Virus record (IMG/VR): IMGVR_UViG_3300023174_000046
Coordinates: 1 to 64,000 of that record
DNA: 64,000 nt
Strand: one strand, 5' to 3'
In this document: piece by piece, positions 44,355 through 54,593 of the stretch
Layout: the number at the start of each line of letters is the position of its first letter
Numbering within the stretch: position 1 is the first letter of the stretch
The notes under the pieces: generated by a model
Told to the model about the DNA's origin: nothing
Seen by the model: only the letters and a program-made list of their open reading frames with translations
Database searches by the model: none
Made by a program: the position numbers and the translations under genes

Positions 44355-45851
44355 TTAGAAGTAGACTGATTGTGTTCCAGGGGTAAAGGCAACGCCTAGA
44401 CCCGAGATGATGATAACGTGGTAGTACAAGTTAGCACCAAATATATTGTCGACTACACCGTAGCGGGTCATGAGACCAACACGAGGAGCGAAATCATTTG
44501 GACCAATTGTACGCTGTACCATAACAGGGATGTATGGGCAGTAGATAATACCGGTATCATAAAACTCTGGACCCTTGTAGCCCAATAGGGCGTACTCGAG
44601 AGGAGTTTGACGAGAACCAGATTGAAACTGTGCCTCAGTACGTGTGTCACGATACACATTAAAACGTCCACCAAGTGAACCTACCTTAGCTACGCCTACT
44701 GGTTGTGTGTTTACATTACCCTGTACAGGTACCCACTGGAATTCAGGGAGCATCTCAAGGATAGCGCAAACGCGAGGTGTTGCAACAACAAAGTTGGCTG
44801 CACCACGACGATTACGAACAGCAATACGGTTAGCTTCGATAATTAGTCTCTGATAGAAATCGCGATTACGTTCAACGAGCCAACGACCGTCTGCTGAAGC
44901 TGGGCTCCAAACAGAGTAGCCGGTGCCTGCGCCAGCGTTTAGAGCAACCTGGATCATGCGGATGATCATTTCACGATCGATTTCTGCCTGTAGCTCATAG
45001 CTCATAGCATTTGTCAATTCAGTGTCAATGTCAATACCGTTCATGTTCTTAAGATCTTGCTCCAATTCTACTGACCAGCGAGCGCCTAGTCTACGTGTAC
45101 CGGCTTCAACTGCTGTCTTCTCGAAGGAAACTACGACCTGAGGGATTGCTCCTGTCAATTCGTAATCCTTGAGAATACGTGCTACACCTGCATCTGATCC
45201 GAGGATCGAGAAAGCAGAGTTACCGGACAAGCCGGCAGATGATGTACCAGTGAAACGTGTATCTAGGAACTGATAACCCAATTCTTGACCGTCTGTACCT
45301 GCAGCGGTAGGACCGCCGTAGTTTGTACCTACAGTTGTACCGGTAGCTGATGGTTGACCATCAACACCGTTACCAAGGGCTTCGTTATCGTAACGATAGC
45401 GCAAAGCAAATGCCAAACCAACTGGGCCTGACATTGGCTGAACGCCAACGATTTCATTAGAAATAAGTTCTGGGAACGTTCTACGAATCATCGGAATCAA
45501 GATCTTTGGAAGACGATAATCACCTGCTGCATAGGTATCAGTACCAGGAGTACCAGCTGGGTTATTAACCCAATTGGATGTCTGGAATGTACCTAGAGAA
45601 CCACCGGCATTGCCAGCGGCATTTGAACCGGCCTGATCAGGATATGAAGGGTTATAATTAGGCCCTGCTTCCCTCAAGCACCATTGTTCTTGGTTTTCCA
45701 AGAGAATGGCTGTGTTCAAACGGGTATGATCATCTTCGATTGCTGCAACATTCTTGGAAGAGTAATCCAATACTGGACTCCACTTTTCAAGAAGAGCTGC
45801 GGCTCTTGATTCGTCAATATATGACTGCGAAGGACGAACAACTTTTTTCAT
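44355..45851 (-). CDS. gp23: major capsid protein (T4 gp23 family)
   Basis: KWSPVL, AILLENQ, GVQPM.GP.GL.FALR, WSVELEQDL, E.DRE, YCPYIP, TRYG. Confidence 0.97.
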   Translation of the reverse strand: MKKVVRPSQSYIDESRAAALLEKWSPVLDYSSKNVAAIEDDHTRLNTAILLENQEQWCLREAGPNYNPSYPDQAGSNAAGNAGGSLGTFQTSNWVNNPAGTPGTDTYAAGDYRLPKILIPMIRRTFPELISNEIVGVQPMSGPVGLAFALRYRYDNEALGNGVDGQPSATGTTVGTNYGGPTAAGTDGQELGYQFLDTRFTGTSSAGLSGNSAFSILGSDAGVARILKDYELTGAIPQVVVSFEKTAVEAGTRRLGARWSVELEQDLKNMNGIDIDTELTNAMSYELQAEIDREMIIRMIQVALNAGAGTGYSVWSPASADGRWLVERNRDFYQRLIIEANRIAVRNRRGAANFVVATPRVCAILEMLPEFQWVPVQGNVNTQPVGVAKVGSLGGRFNVYRDTRTEAQFQSGSRQTPLEYALLGYKGPEFYDTGIIYCPYIPVMVQRTIGPNDFAPRVGLMTRYGVVDNIFGANLYYHVIIISGLGVAFTPGTQSVYF

Positions 45852-45928
45852 AATATGAATAAATTTCTCCGTAACATAGTCGACCGTTTTTTCCTATTAA
45901 GGCTTAAGCCTCAACGAAACTGCAAAAA

Positions 45929-46816
45929 TTAGTATTTGCTGAGCTCTTTGAGGTAGTATTTGGATGAATCATCATCGGCAGGTAGATTTGTATTCTCACC
46001 TATTAATTGTTCTTCAATAATAGGACGATCTACCTGAGATGAAGATGAATCTTCAACTGCTTCAGTGGCTAGAGTTTCGAGCCGTTCTGTCTCAGACTTT
46101 TCAAACATTTTAACAGTGTAGTCAAAGTTTTCTTTTACAAACTCAGGATTTTTTCCTTCAAAAAGTCTAACTACTTGTTCGACTTTCTTAGGATCCATGT
46201 CCTTTGTCTTTTCAGCAAAAAGATTTTTCGATTCAATCTCTTTGAGCTTTGACTTCAATGCTGCATTCTCTGAGAGAACAGCTTCAAGCTTTTTATTAGC
46301 TTCATTAATTTGATTCTTACCATCAATTACAGCATCGCGAATAGAATTATTTGCGAGAGCCTCGTCAACGGCGAGAGTCTTTTTGATACCTTCAAGAACG
46401 GCGACTGCGCGCTTGTTCTTTACTGCTTCATTGATTGATGCAGCTGGGATTGCTTCATCAATATAAAGTTCAAGATAATTTGATATATTTTCAACCAAAT
46501 TATTTTTGAAATTCTTTGCATCATTGTTTGACATGCCTTCATATCTCTCAATAACATTCTTAAGCTTGTTGGTATGATCAGCAACAACTGCTTCGTAAAC
46601 TTTATTCAACTTTGCTGTATGATCTGTGTCAATAGCAGAAACAAGCTTCTCGAGCTTGTTTGAATAATCTTCATCTTGCTCAATTAGAGCTTTTTCAACG
46701 TGAAGCTTAACCTTGGTGTTGACAGCTTCATTAAAAATGTTCTGCAGTTCATTAAGAGTCTCCTCAGAGAGGATATCTTTGGTTGCTTCTTTTAATACGT
46801 CTTTTACTTCTTTCAT
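45929..46816 (-). CDS. gp22: prohead core scaffold (gp22-like)
   Basis: acidic coiled coil with LVENISNYLE, between gp21 and gp23. Confidence 0.85.
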   Translation of the reverse strand: MKEVKDVLKEATKDILSEETLNELQNIFNEAVNTKVKLHVEKALIEQDEDYSNKLEKLVSAIDTDHTAKLNKVYEAVVADHTNKLKNVIERYEGMSNNDAKNFKNNLVENISNYLELYIDEAIPAASINEAVKNKRAVAVLEGIKKTLAVDEALANNSIRDAVIDGKNQINEANKKLEAVLSENAALKSKLKEIESKNLFAEKTKDMDPKKVEQVVRLFEGKNPEFVKENFDYTVKMFEKSETERLETLATEAVEDSSSSQVDRPIIEEQLIGENTNLPADDDSSKYYLKELSKY

Positions 46817-46822
46817 AAATTC

Positions 46823-46975
46823 TTATTTTACAACCTCTGAGATTTTTTGTTTAATCTTCTCTTCGATTGCGTTCTTTAAATATTTATTGGCCGCGGCAAA
46901 ATTTTTCTCAGAAATTGCTTGAATAAATTGACTAATTTCAAGCTTGATGTCGTTCTTGGCTAAATCTTTCTGCAT
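46823..46975 (-). CDS. small prohead core protein (gp67/gp68-like; not in ORF track)
   Basis: MQKDLAKNDIKLEISQFIQAISEKNFAAANKYLKNAIEEKIKQKISEVVK; TAAATA upstream. Confidence 0.6.
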   Translation of the reverse strand: MQKDLAKNDIKLEISQFIQAISEKNFAAANKYLKNAIEEKIKQKISEVVK

Positions 46976-46983
46976 AAAAATAT

Positions 46984-47658
46984 TTATCCTACGAGAGTCA
47001 TTTTTTTGAAGAAATTTGATATTTGTTCCTTCAGATATGACTCCACATCCACTTTGGGTAGTTTGTTTAGTTTGTTAGAGAACGTTTCATATACTTCAGC
47101 ATACTTGCCATCTGCTTCCAGAACAAACTGTTTGGATTCAAGAATACCATTGACAAAAGCCTTGGGAAACGATGGATCTGCAACACAATCAATTGCGACT
47201 AAACGCATTTCTGTAACACGTTGCACACCACTATCTTGTTCTTCTAATTTGCCAAGAGCACGTGATGACATGCCAACTTTAACACCATCATTCACAAGAG
47301 AACGCACAATCATTCCCATGGGTGTGGTTAAAACTTTTGACTTGCCGTAAAATACATTACCATCTTGTCTGAGTTCAGTGACAAGGTGGCATGCTCTCTC
47401 CAGATCAACATCAGCAGTTGTTGGGTGATTCAATTCTCCCATTGCACGGTTATTCTTAATAAGCTCGTTACTGTAACGGGTTACTTCACGTGCCATCTCA
47501 TTTACATCATATACTCTGTTGTTTTTATTAACACCTTCTGCCATCATGTATGGGCCGTTAATATACAGGGTAGCAGGTCCTTTGGAATTTTTCTCCTCTA
47601 AAACATACTCAAATTGTTCTTCAGGAGCAGGTTTTTCTACCAATAGTTTTAGAGCCAT
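46984..47658 (-). CDS. gp21: prohead protease (T4 gp21 family)
   Basis: N.N.RVY, GELNHP, TPMG, GMSSRALG, D.VADPS.P.AFV.GILE. Confidence 0.95.
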   Translation of the reverse strand: MALKLLVEKPAPEEQFEYVLEEKNSKGPATLYINGPYMMAEGVNKNNRVYDVNEMAREVTRYSNELIKNNRAMGELNHPTTADVDLERACHLVTELRQDGNVFYGKSKVLTTPMGMIVRSLVNDGVKVGMSSRALGKLEEQDSGVQRVTEMRLVAIDCVADPSFPKAFVNGILESKQFVLEADGKYAEVYETFSNKLNKLPKVDVESYLKEQISNFFKKMTLVG

Positions 47659-47696
47659 AATATTATTTATACTTTTATCGGTATAATTTTAGTGTG

Positions 47697-48449
47697 TTAT
47701 GTGTACAAAATACCTGAAACAATCGCTTTACCACTTAGAGAAGTCATATTGCCAGTGCCTATTGCATATGCTGTTTCCACGCGCAAATACAACGTTGATG
47801 ATGCTGCAGTAGTAGATTGTCGACTTACCGTTGTTTGCGGCCGGGCATATTGATTGACGGCACTCGGAGTGCTGGCTAGAGAGAAAGGTGTAACTGAACC
47901 ACACATTTGATTGGCAAGAGCTGTCGCACTGTTTGAATTGTAAACTCGATAAGCAGGCACCGTATCACCAGTATTAAATGCGCCGGTAATTGCATCAATT
48001 GTAAAAATAAGATCATTCATTACAAATCGCGCGCCAGCGGGTGTAGTGCCAATATTAGTGTATGTTGCTGCTGCTGCCAAATAATTTATAGTGTCACTTA
48101 CAAATATTATTGGTCTAGGCACTGATAAGCTAAGAGCGGGATTTGCTGCTACACCATCACCGTCACTTACTGAAACACCATTAGATGCAGTTATTGTGCG
48201 TGCTGCTACTGTGCCTGCTGCAGTTCTAGTTATGAGACCGTTTGTACCAAGATTGTGCAGTGCTAGTGCTTGACCGGATAAAGCTATAGAGGGGCTAGTG
48301 GCCACACCGTCACCGTTAGTTACTGCGACACCAGTGCCGCTTGATATGGTTCTGCCCGCTACTGTGCCAGCGCCAGTTCTAGTTATGATACCGTTTGTGC
48401 CTAGATTGTGTAATGCTAACGCTTGACCTGTTAATGATATTTGACCCAT
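47697..48449 (-). CDS. fibre-like protein with two ~51-aa repeats
   Basis: GQALALHNLGTNG.ITRT.AGTVA.RTI...GV.V..GDGVA..P twice. Confidence 0.65.
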   Translation of the reverse strand: MGQISLTGQALALHNLGTNGIITRTGAGTVAGRTISSGTGVAVTNGDGVATSPSIALSGQALALHNLGTNGLITRTAAGTVAARTITASNGVSVSDGDGVAANPALSLSVPRPIIFVSDTINYLAAAATYTNIGTTPAGARFVMNDLIFTIDAITGAFNTGDTVPAYRVYNSNSATALANQMCGSVTPFSLASTPSAVNQYARPQTTVSRQSTTAASSTLYLRVETAYAIGTGNMTSLSGKAIVSGILYT

Positions 48450-48464
48450 ATAGTTATTTATCTA

Positions 48465-50093
48465 TTATATGATTCTATCAATAAAGTATTTTGGTAATCT
48501 ATCTTTGTGTGTTTTTATAACGTCGACTATATTTCCGTCCAGAATATATGTCACAGAATAATCGTTCTTACTTCTTGTGGCTCTTCCTGTTGCTTGAACC
48601 ATGGCATTTAACATCTTATCAATGTACCAGTTCTTATCCAATTCAAACAACTTCTTAACTCTCTTGGAAGATAATGGTAGGTATGGTAATTTAACTATAA
48701 TTTGAAATCTTGCTAATTCATCCTTAAGATCTATGCCAAAAGATAGTGATGGTGACACAAGAACAGTAGGTTTACTGCTTGAGGAATGCTCTTTGAGAAT
48801 ATCTTCATTTTTTGAAGCAAGCTCTCGAAAGAGAAATCTTTCCCCATTCAATCTGGTCTTTATATATTCTGTGATCTCCATGGTGTGGGTATGTATAACG
48901 CCTTTTGCATCTTTATGGAAATCACAAATTTGCTTAATCTTATTAACTATTTCCGGCAATTCTGTTTTTATAGTTTTATAGTTTAACTTGTTTTTAGATG
49001 TTACATATATGGGTGACTTGGATGATTCAAAAGTAGAGTCAACTTCCACATACTCGTAATCTTTTATACCTAGCGTTTTTGCAAAATTCTTGTGATCAAT
49101 AATTGTAGCGGACATTAATAAAATATTTTCACCATAATCAAAAATATATTTTGACAATTTATCTACCTTTAATGGTGTAAATGATGCGCGTTGCGAATCT
49201 TTCTCTACAACAAATTCACACTCATCCCATAATGATTCGATAATTACTAAGTTGTTGTAAAGGTTTTTCAAATAACGAATTTTAATTTTATCTATTGGTG
49301 ATAAATTAGTAATTTTTTTTGTTTGTCTATTTTGTAAAGTGTTTATTATCTCGCTAAGATGAAAAATGAGATCATACAGCCACACACGAACCTTTTGTGT
49401 ACTATCTGTAACAAGCGGTACAACACTTACATCATAATTCTTTAATTTATCATATTCTATAAATGCAGAAAATCGTCTTACTAGCTCGTCTTCTAATTCA
49501 GATGCCTCATCACATATAATAAAGTTTTTTCTTTTTACATGATCCGGGAGCGACAAAAACATTTTATAATTTAAAATAGAAAATTTATCTGTAAGTGCAG
49601 TATTTCTTGCGGTATAATACGGGCATATATTCTTTGACCAACAATCTTCTTTAAGCTTATTGACCAACACACATGGGGCTGATTCTACATCAAAATTTGT
49701 ATCGACTTGACACTGATAGTTTGTCTTGCCTTTCAAAAGTTTACCATCTTCAAAAAGCTTCACATATTGATCTTGTAAAGATTTTGTTATAGTAAGTGTG
49801 AAGGTTCCAAAAGCTGGCTCTTTTCTTGCATCAGCTTCATGTGTATAATTGCCACTATAATCTTGTCTAAATGCATCGTAACTGTTAATTAAATTAACAT
49901 ATGCAGATGTAGGCGGTGAACTTAAGTTGGCTAATGTTTTGCCGAGAAAGCTTTTTCCAGTACCTGTAGGTGCACAACAAATTACAAATTTTTTTCCTCT
50001 CGCAAAAGCTTTCTCAACACCATTAATGAGCTGTATCTGGCTCTTGCTTGGTGTGTAGTCTTGAGGGAAATATGAAACTAGTTTCTTCTGCAC
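48465..50093 (-). CDS. DinG/XPD-family SF2 helicase
   Basis: APTGTGKS, LKGKTNYQC and further Cys, DEA, MSAT, GIDL, K.PY, Q..GR..RS..D. Confidence 0.9.
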   Translation of the reverse strand: MQKKLVSYFPQDYTPSKSQIQLINGVEKAFARGKKFVICCAPTGTGKSFLGKTLANLSSPPTSAYVNLINSYDAFRQDYSGNYTHEADARKEPAFGTFTLTITKSLQDQYVKLFEDGKLLKGKTNYQCQVDTNFDVESAPCVLVNKLKEDCWSKNICPYYTARNTALTDKFSILNYKMFLSLPDHVKRKNFIICDEASELEDELVRRFSAFIEYDKLKNYDVSVVPLVTDSTQKVRVWLYDLIFHLSEIINTLQNRQTKKITNLSPIDKIKIRYLKNLYNNLVIIESLWDECEFVVEKDSQRASFTPLKVDKLSKYIFDYGENILLMSATIIDHKNFAKTLGIKDYEYVEVDSTFESSKSPIYVTSKNKLNYKTIKTELPEIVNKIKQICDFHKDAKGVIHTHTMEITEYIKTRLNGERFLFRELASKNEDILKEHSSSSKPTVLVSPSLSFGIDLKDELARFQIIVKLPYLPLSSKRVKKLFELDKNWYIDKMLNAMVQATGRATRSKNDYSVTYILDGNIVDVIKTHKDRLPKYFIDRII

Positions 50094-50106
50094 GTACTAA
50101 TTGTAG

Positions 50107-50445
50107 TTATAAGAACTCAATGATCAAGGTATTATCGTAAAATTTTGAAAATTTCTGTCTCTTTAACAGCTTAATAATAGTTTCCAACTCTTTGTCTTTT
50201 TTTGTGAGTGTGCTATTCGTGTAGTCAAAAAATAGTTTATTCTCTTCAAATCTATATGTATAGGGGTAAGGTATTTCAATATACTTGTATGCATTGTGTC
50301 CTACACAGAGTTTAAAATGAAGATAGAATTCTTTGAACGAAAAGAGTATTAGCTTTCCCTCTCTCAATGTCTTGTTATTAACCCTAAATCTAAGATTTTT
50401 TTGAAAGATTGAAGAGACGTCTTTTTCTAAATTTAAAATGCTCAT
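50107..50445 (-). CDS. hypothetical protein
   Basis: 112-aa ORF in operon. Confidence 0.65.
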   Translation of the reverse strand: MSILNLEKDVSSIFQKNLRFRVNNKTLREGKLILFSFKEFYLHFKLCVGHNAYKYIEIPYPYTYRFEENKLFFDYTNSTLTKKDKELETIIKLLKRQKFSKFYDNTLIIEFL

Positions 50446-50822
50446 GTGTTCATAAATGTTTCTTTTTCGGCAACAGACATAAAACGTAATTTTTCGTTAA
50501 AATATTTCCAAAACTCATCATTAGCGACAGGAATTGTTTTTATGAGCTCACAGCTTTCCATGTTAATACATCGAAAATCTTGCATAAAAATATCCCATGT
50601 TATGATAATATTTTTATTTGTTGGGTTAAATTTTGGACTTCTTTTGGGTTGCTTGTAGTTTAATAAAATTTTACCGTTCACACTGCTAAGAAGAATAACA
50701 CTGTTTGTGCATAGCATTCTACGAGTAAGCGATTCACCGGCTACAGGTCGCTTTCTAGAAAACTTTACTTCACAGACATTATTTTCTAGAAGATTTTTTA
50801 ACGATCCTAGGGCTACTTTCAT
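50442..50822 (-). CDS. SH3/Sm-like (WYL_2/DUF2693-like) protein
   Basis: CEVKF..K....RRMLCT...WDI...DFR.IN. Confidence 0.6.
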   Translation of the reverse strand: MKVALGSLKNLLENNVCEVKFSRKRPVAGESLTRRMLCTNSVILLSSVNGKILLNYKQPKRSPKFNPTNKNIIITWDIFMQDFRCINMESCELIKTIPVANDEFWKYFNEKLRFMSVAEKETFMNT

Positions 50823-51231
50823 TGTCCTCGCGTGTAGAGCAAATACCGAATATACGTTGTTCGTTAATAAAGATACCTTTATTAATTTTGCCGTAACCAT
50901 CTACATCGATATTTGAAATAGGCACACCCATATTATTCGGAAAACAAATTACATCGCCTGGCTTTGCATATCTTACACTTGGTCCTGCAAGAACAACTCT
51001 ACCCAATCGCCATGCTTTTGTCTCGGCATTTACTGGTACCAGGATACCATTTCGAACAATCTCTTTGCCGTTATCTGATTCATCAATAAAGATAGCGAGA
51101 ATAACATCATCGAGAACTTGCTTGAGATTGTGACCCAAAAACACTGAATCAAACGTATTTTTAGGTAGATCAGCAAAATCAATTAAACTCTTTGGAACTG
51201 GTCCGAGTGCGTCTACAGATATTTTTGACAT
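50779..51231 (-). CDS. GroES-like co-chaperonin (gp31 analogue)
   Basis: LDDVIL, GILVP, GRVVLAGP.V...KPGD.I.F, I.E..I. Confidence 0.8.
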   Translation of the reverse strand: MSKISVDALGPVPKSLIDFADLPKNTFDSVFLGHNLKQVLDDVILAIFIDESDNGKEIVRNGILVPVNAETKAWRLGRVVLAGPSVRYAKPGDVICFPNNMGVPISNIDVDGYGKINKGIFINEQRIFGICSTREDNESSPRIVKKSSRK

Positions 51232-51575
51232 ATGATATAATGATTTATCTCTCTTTTAGAGAGTTCAAGGTTTTGAGCTAACATAGTTAACTCTTTATTT
51301 TCTTCCTCTTCCTTTGTATTTTTCTTTTTAACGTAGTCTATTTTCTTAAAATTGTATTTAGGGAGAAAATTTTTTAAAAAATAAAAATGTTCTTGTTTTG
51401 AAAAATTAGTAAAACGGTTTGTAGTGATGTTAATAATATTAGCTAACTCTTTATTATAAAAAGAGCACCATCGATTTATCATAAACGGTGTATAAGAATT
51501 GTTATTATCGTGATTTATCTCTCTACTTTTCTTTGAATAAAGAATGGAGTTGAGAAAGTCAAAAATTGTATCCAT
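51213..51575 (-). CDS. gp62: clamp loader small subunit (gp62-like)
   Basis: FDFLNSI..K, Y.PFMINR..S, H..FL...LPK. Confidence 0.8.
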   Translation of the reverse strand: MDTIFDFLNSILYSKKSREINHDNNNSYTPFMINRWCSFYNKELANIINITTNRFTNFSKQEHFYFLKNFLPKYNFKKIDYVKKKNTKEEEENKELTMLAQNLELSKREINHYIICQKYL

Positions 51576-52159
51576 TAACTAATAACTTTAGTTGTAGCAA
51601 TAAAGATATCGTCGTTAAGATTATAAAACAGATTAATAATTTCTGCCATGAAGTTATTGGCTTGCTCGTCGGTAAGATTTGTTGAGTAAGCAAAAGCGGG
51701 TGCCTTCTTACCTGCTGCAATATTAATACCGGTATGACCAAGCGCAACATTATTCTTTGTGTATGTGATGCTTACGCTACATTTACCTTTTGGTTGTGCA
51801 ATACCACCTTGTGTATGTTCTTTATGCACAATTAAATCGTCGCCTTTCATTTCAATAGGAGCTTTGAGATATTGTGTAGAGAGAATATTAGCAATCTGAG
51901 TATTTAAAAGTCTTTGATAAGCTACAGCACCAAACGCATCAAGGTTAGGAATTTCCCAAAGAAAATTAATTGCATCATCACTGTAGATATAATCTGCATT
52001 GAGAATATCCTCACTATCAATCATACCTTCTGCTTCAACTTTCATGGGCGATCTGAATGCAATGATATTACCGATCGGTAATGTTTTTTCTCGGAAAAAC
52101 TTATATGCAAATCGTGAATGCAGCAATGACCCGTCGTATATTTTTTGATTAATAATCAT
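51575..52159 (-). CDS. DUF366 family protein (biotin/lipoate-ligase-like fold)
   Basis: YDGS.L...FAY, M.D.ED, I.S.D...F..EIP, QRL, GDDL, K.SVSI, H.GINI; TTGATA-N16-TATTAT-N6-ATG. Confidence 0.7.
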   Translation of the reverse strand: MIINQKIYDGSLLHSRFAYKFFREKTLPIGNIIAFRSPMKVEAEGMIDSEDILNADYIYSDDAINFLWEIPNLDAFGAVAYQRLLNTQIANILSTQYLKAPIEMKGDDLIVHKEHTQGGIAQPKGKCSVSITYTKNNVALGHTGINIAAGKKAPAFAYSTNLTDEQANNFMAEIINLFYNLNDDIFIATTKVIS

Positions 52160-52189
52160 TAGCTTATAATACTATCTCAAACTTGAATA

Positions 52190-53185
52190 TCAACTCTTTT
52201 CTATTTGCGATTTAATCCAAGAATAAGTCTTTTTTAACCCTTCTGCGAGAGGGTAATTTGGCTGCCAATTTAACTTTTCGCCAATTAATTTATTGCAAGA
52301 ATTTCTGCCCCTTACACCAGTAGGACCATCTAATTTATAATTTTTTGTAATTTTCTTGTTTTCAATGGAGCATGCTAAATCAACTAATTGGTTAATTGTC
52401 ACGCGCTCTTCTGAGCCAATATTGACTGGTCCGAGAAAGTTTGATTCCATCAACCGACGGATACCTTCAACACATTCATCTATATATAGAAATGATCTGG
52501 TCTGCTCACCGTCACCCCAAATTTCAATATCACCAGTTGATTCTAAGACTTTGCGACAAATTGCAGCAGGCGCTTTCTCCTTGCCACCCTTCCATGTTCC
52601 TTGAGGACCAAAAATATTATGAAAGCGTGCAATACGCACATCAATGTTATAATTTCTGTTGTAAGCAAGGTAAAGCCGTTCGCTAAAGAGTTTTTCCCAC
52701 CCATATTCGCTGTCGGGGTTTGCTGGGTAGGCGCTGCTTTCCTCACAATTGGGATTATTTGGATCAAGTTGATTGTGTTCAGGATACATGCAAGCGCTAC
52801 TGCTATAAAATATTTTCTTTAAACCCACATCAACAGCTTCATCTAGAACGTTTAAATTAATTGTTGCAGAATTATGCATCACATCAGCATCATGTGCACC
52901 AGTAAAGATGTAACCTGCTCCGCCCATATCTGCTGCAAGCTGATACACTTCATCAAACGATGTATGGTGCGTGTGCGTGTAATAGTGCCAAGATTTATCC
53001 ATTGCTTTGCGTACGTTGTCACGCTCTCTTAAATCCAAAATAAAGAATTGATCTGCTTGTGTGGAAGAATATTCAGGATATTTTAAATCTACACCACGTA
53101 CAAAATATCCCTCGCTTTTTAATCTTGTAACTAAATGGTTACCAATAAAACCACCTGCGCCTAAAACTAATGCACTTTTTTTCAT
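52190..53185 (-). CDS. NAD-dependent sugar epimerase, GDP-mannose 3,5-epimerase-like
   Basis: GAGGFIG, LAADMGGAG, SSACMYP, YGWEK, GGKEKAPAA.CRK, GVRGRNS. Confidence 0.9.
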   Translation of the reverse strand: MKKSALVLGAGGFIGNHLVTRLKSEGYFVRGVDLKYPEYSSTQADQFFILDLRERDNVRKAMDKSWHYYTHTHHTSFDEVYQLAADMGGAGYIFTGAHDADVMHNSATINLNVLDEAVDVGLKKIFYSSSACMYPEHNQLDPNNPNCEESSAYPANPDSEYGWEKLFSERLYLAYNRNYNIDVRIARFHNIFGPQGTWKGGKEKAPAAICRKVLESTGDIEIWGDGEQTRSFLYIDECVEGIRRLMESNFLGPVNIGSEERVTINQLVDLACSIENKKITKNYKLDGPTGVRGRNSCNKLIGEKLNWQPNYPLAEGLKKTYSWIKSQIEKS

Positions 53186-53772
53186 ATTTTTGTTATTAAG
53201 GAGATTTCTTTATTACCGTCATGGTTTGAGATGTGAGCCTTCTTTTTAATGTTGTATTTTTTTAACGGAAAGAAGTCACATGAGAGTGGTCTGCTACGCA
53301 ATGGCATGTCTTGCCAATCGTCCTTCTGATCGCAACTATTGGTTATAAGAATGTAGTTAAAATTAGCAATAGCACGATCTAGAAAATAAACAATTTCGTC
53401 ACATAACCAATGCTGTATTACATCTTTTAGTAAAAGTAAATCACCTGTATAGTTAAAAAAGTTTTCAATTTGCTCAATATATTCAAAGCGAATATTAGGT
53501 GCACTGTAAGTTGAATTGTGGTGGTCGATCAAGCTCTTTACACAGTCGATGCCTAGATAATTTACACTGGACCAGTCAATAAGGCGTGAAAACTGCCAAT
53601 CACCACACCCATAATCAGTTACAGTTTTAATATTATTTTTTTGTATAAAATCTGTAATAAATTTTCTATAACCTACAGTATGTTCTGGATAAGAGCCAGA
53701 ACCTGAACCATTCCACTCGTTTGTGTCGTAAATCCTTGTAAAATGGTTAATATGTGATTTGTGATCGAGCAT
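53182..53772 (-). CDS. class I SAM-dependent methyltransferase
   Basis: SGSGS, DYGCGD, YLGID, KDVIQH. Confidence 0.85.
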   Translation of the reverse strand: MLDHKSHINHFTRIYDTNEWNGSGSGSYPEHTVGYRKFITDFIQKNNIKTVTDYGCGDWQFSRLIDWSSVNYLGIDCVKSLIDHHNSTYSAPNIRFEYIEQIENFFNYTGDLLLLKDVIQHWLCDEIVYFLDRAIANFNYILITNSCDQKDDWQDMPLRSRPLSCDFFPLKKYNIKKKAHISNHDGNKEISLITKI

Positions 53773-53798
53773 TATGATATGTTATAATATATTTGTTA

Positions 53799-54593
53799 TT
53801 AATCAATAGATATTAAATTGGCGTAATAATTGAACATGGCCTTTTCTCTTGAGTTTTTAATTAAAGTGTCGTATTTTGTTTCTAAAAACTCTTCTGTTAT
53901 TTCTTCAAAAGAATTTACAAACAAAATAGGCAGGTCAGTAAAATAATCTAAAGCGGTGTGATTCTCTACTATAGGAATCACATTTAAATATATTGCTTCC
54001 CAAATTCGATGACAGTCAATACTGTTGCCTGGTGGCGACACAACATACTTATATGCTTTAAGCTTAGTAAGATAATCTTTATATTGATGAATTTCTGTAT
54101 CTATATTAATAAATGTCTTAGTTTTTAAAATATTGAGAATATTTTGTCGCTTAAGCAGGTTAGTTGAAATATTAAAATTACTATAAACGAGTTTTGTTTT
54201 TTTAATAGGTGTATTGATCACATCTAATAAAGCATTCTTGTCACCGTGCGGCCACTTCTCATTAGCTATGCCGATGGGTATTGGTTGCAATTTATCGTGC
54301 TTAATGTGGCAATTCATGGCATGCCATTTAATGAGGTTATTGCTGTTTAAGATGTTTAGGTATTCTTCTGTAATCCAAAGATCGGAATTATGTGTAATAA
54401 GTTTAAAGGTATAGTCAATTCGGGGTAGTACTTTTTCGGCAAAAATTTTTAACCAATCTGTATATAAAAATATAATTTTGGGTTTGTTTGCAAGATTTAC
54501 AAGCGGCTTGCTCTCATCTATATATTCTGAAGCTAGAGCTTTAAAACTATTACCTGATATAATATCTTCTATACTGATAGGTGTTACTAACAT
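53799..54593 (-). CDS. exostosin/GT47-like glycosyltransferase
   Basis: THNSD, PIPIG, SPPGN.IDCHR.WEA.YL..IPI. Confidence 0.75.
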   Translation of the reverse strand: MLVTPISIEDIISGNSFKALASEYIDESKPLVNLANKPKIIFLYTDWLKIFAEKVLPRIDYTFKLITHNSDLWITEEYLNILNSNNLIKWHAMNCHIKHDKLQPIPIGIANEKWPHGDKNALLDVINTPIKKTKLVYSNFNISTNLLKRQNILNILKTKTFINIDTEIHQYKDYLTKLKAYKYVVSPPGNSIDCHRIWEAIYLNVIPIVENHTALDYFTDLPILFVNSFEEITEEFLETKYDTLIKNSREKAMFNYYANLISID

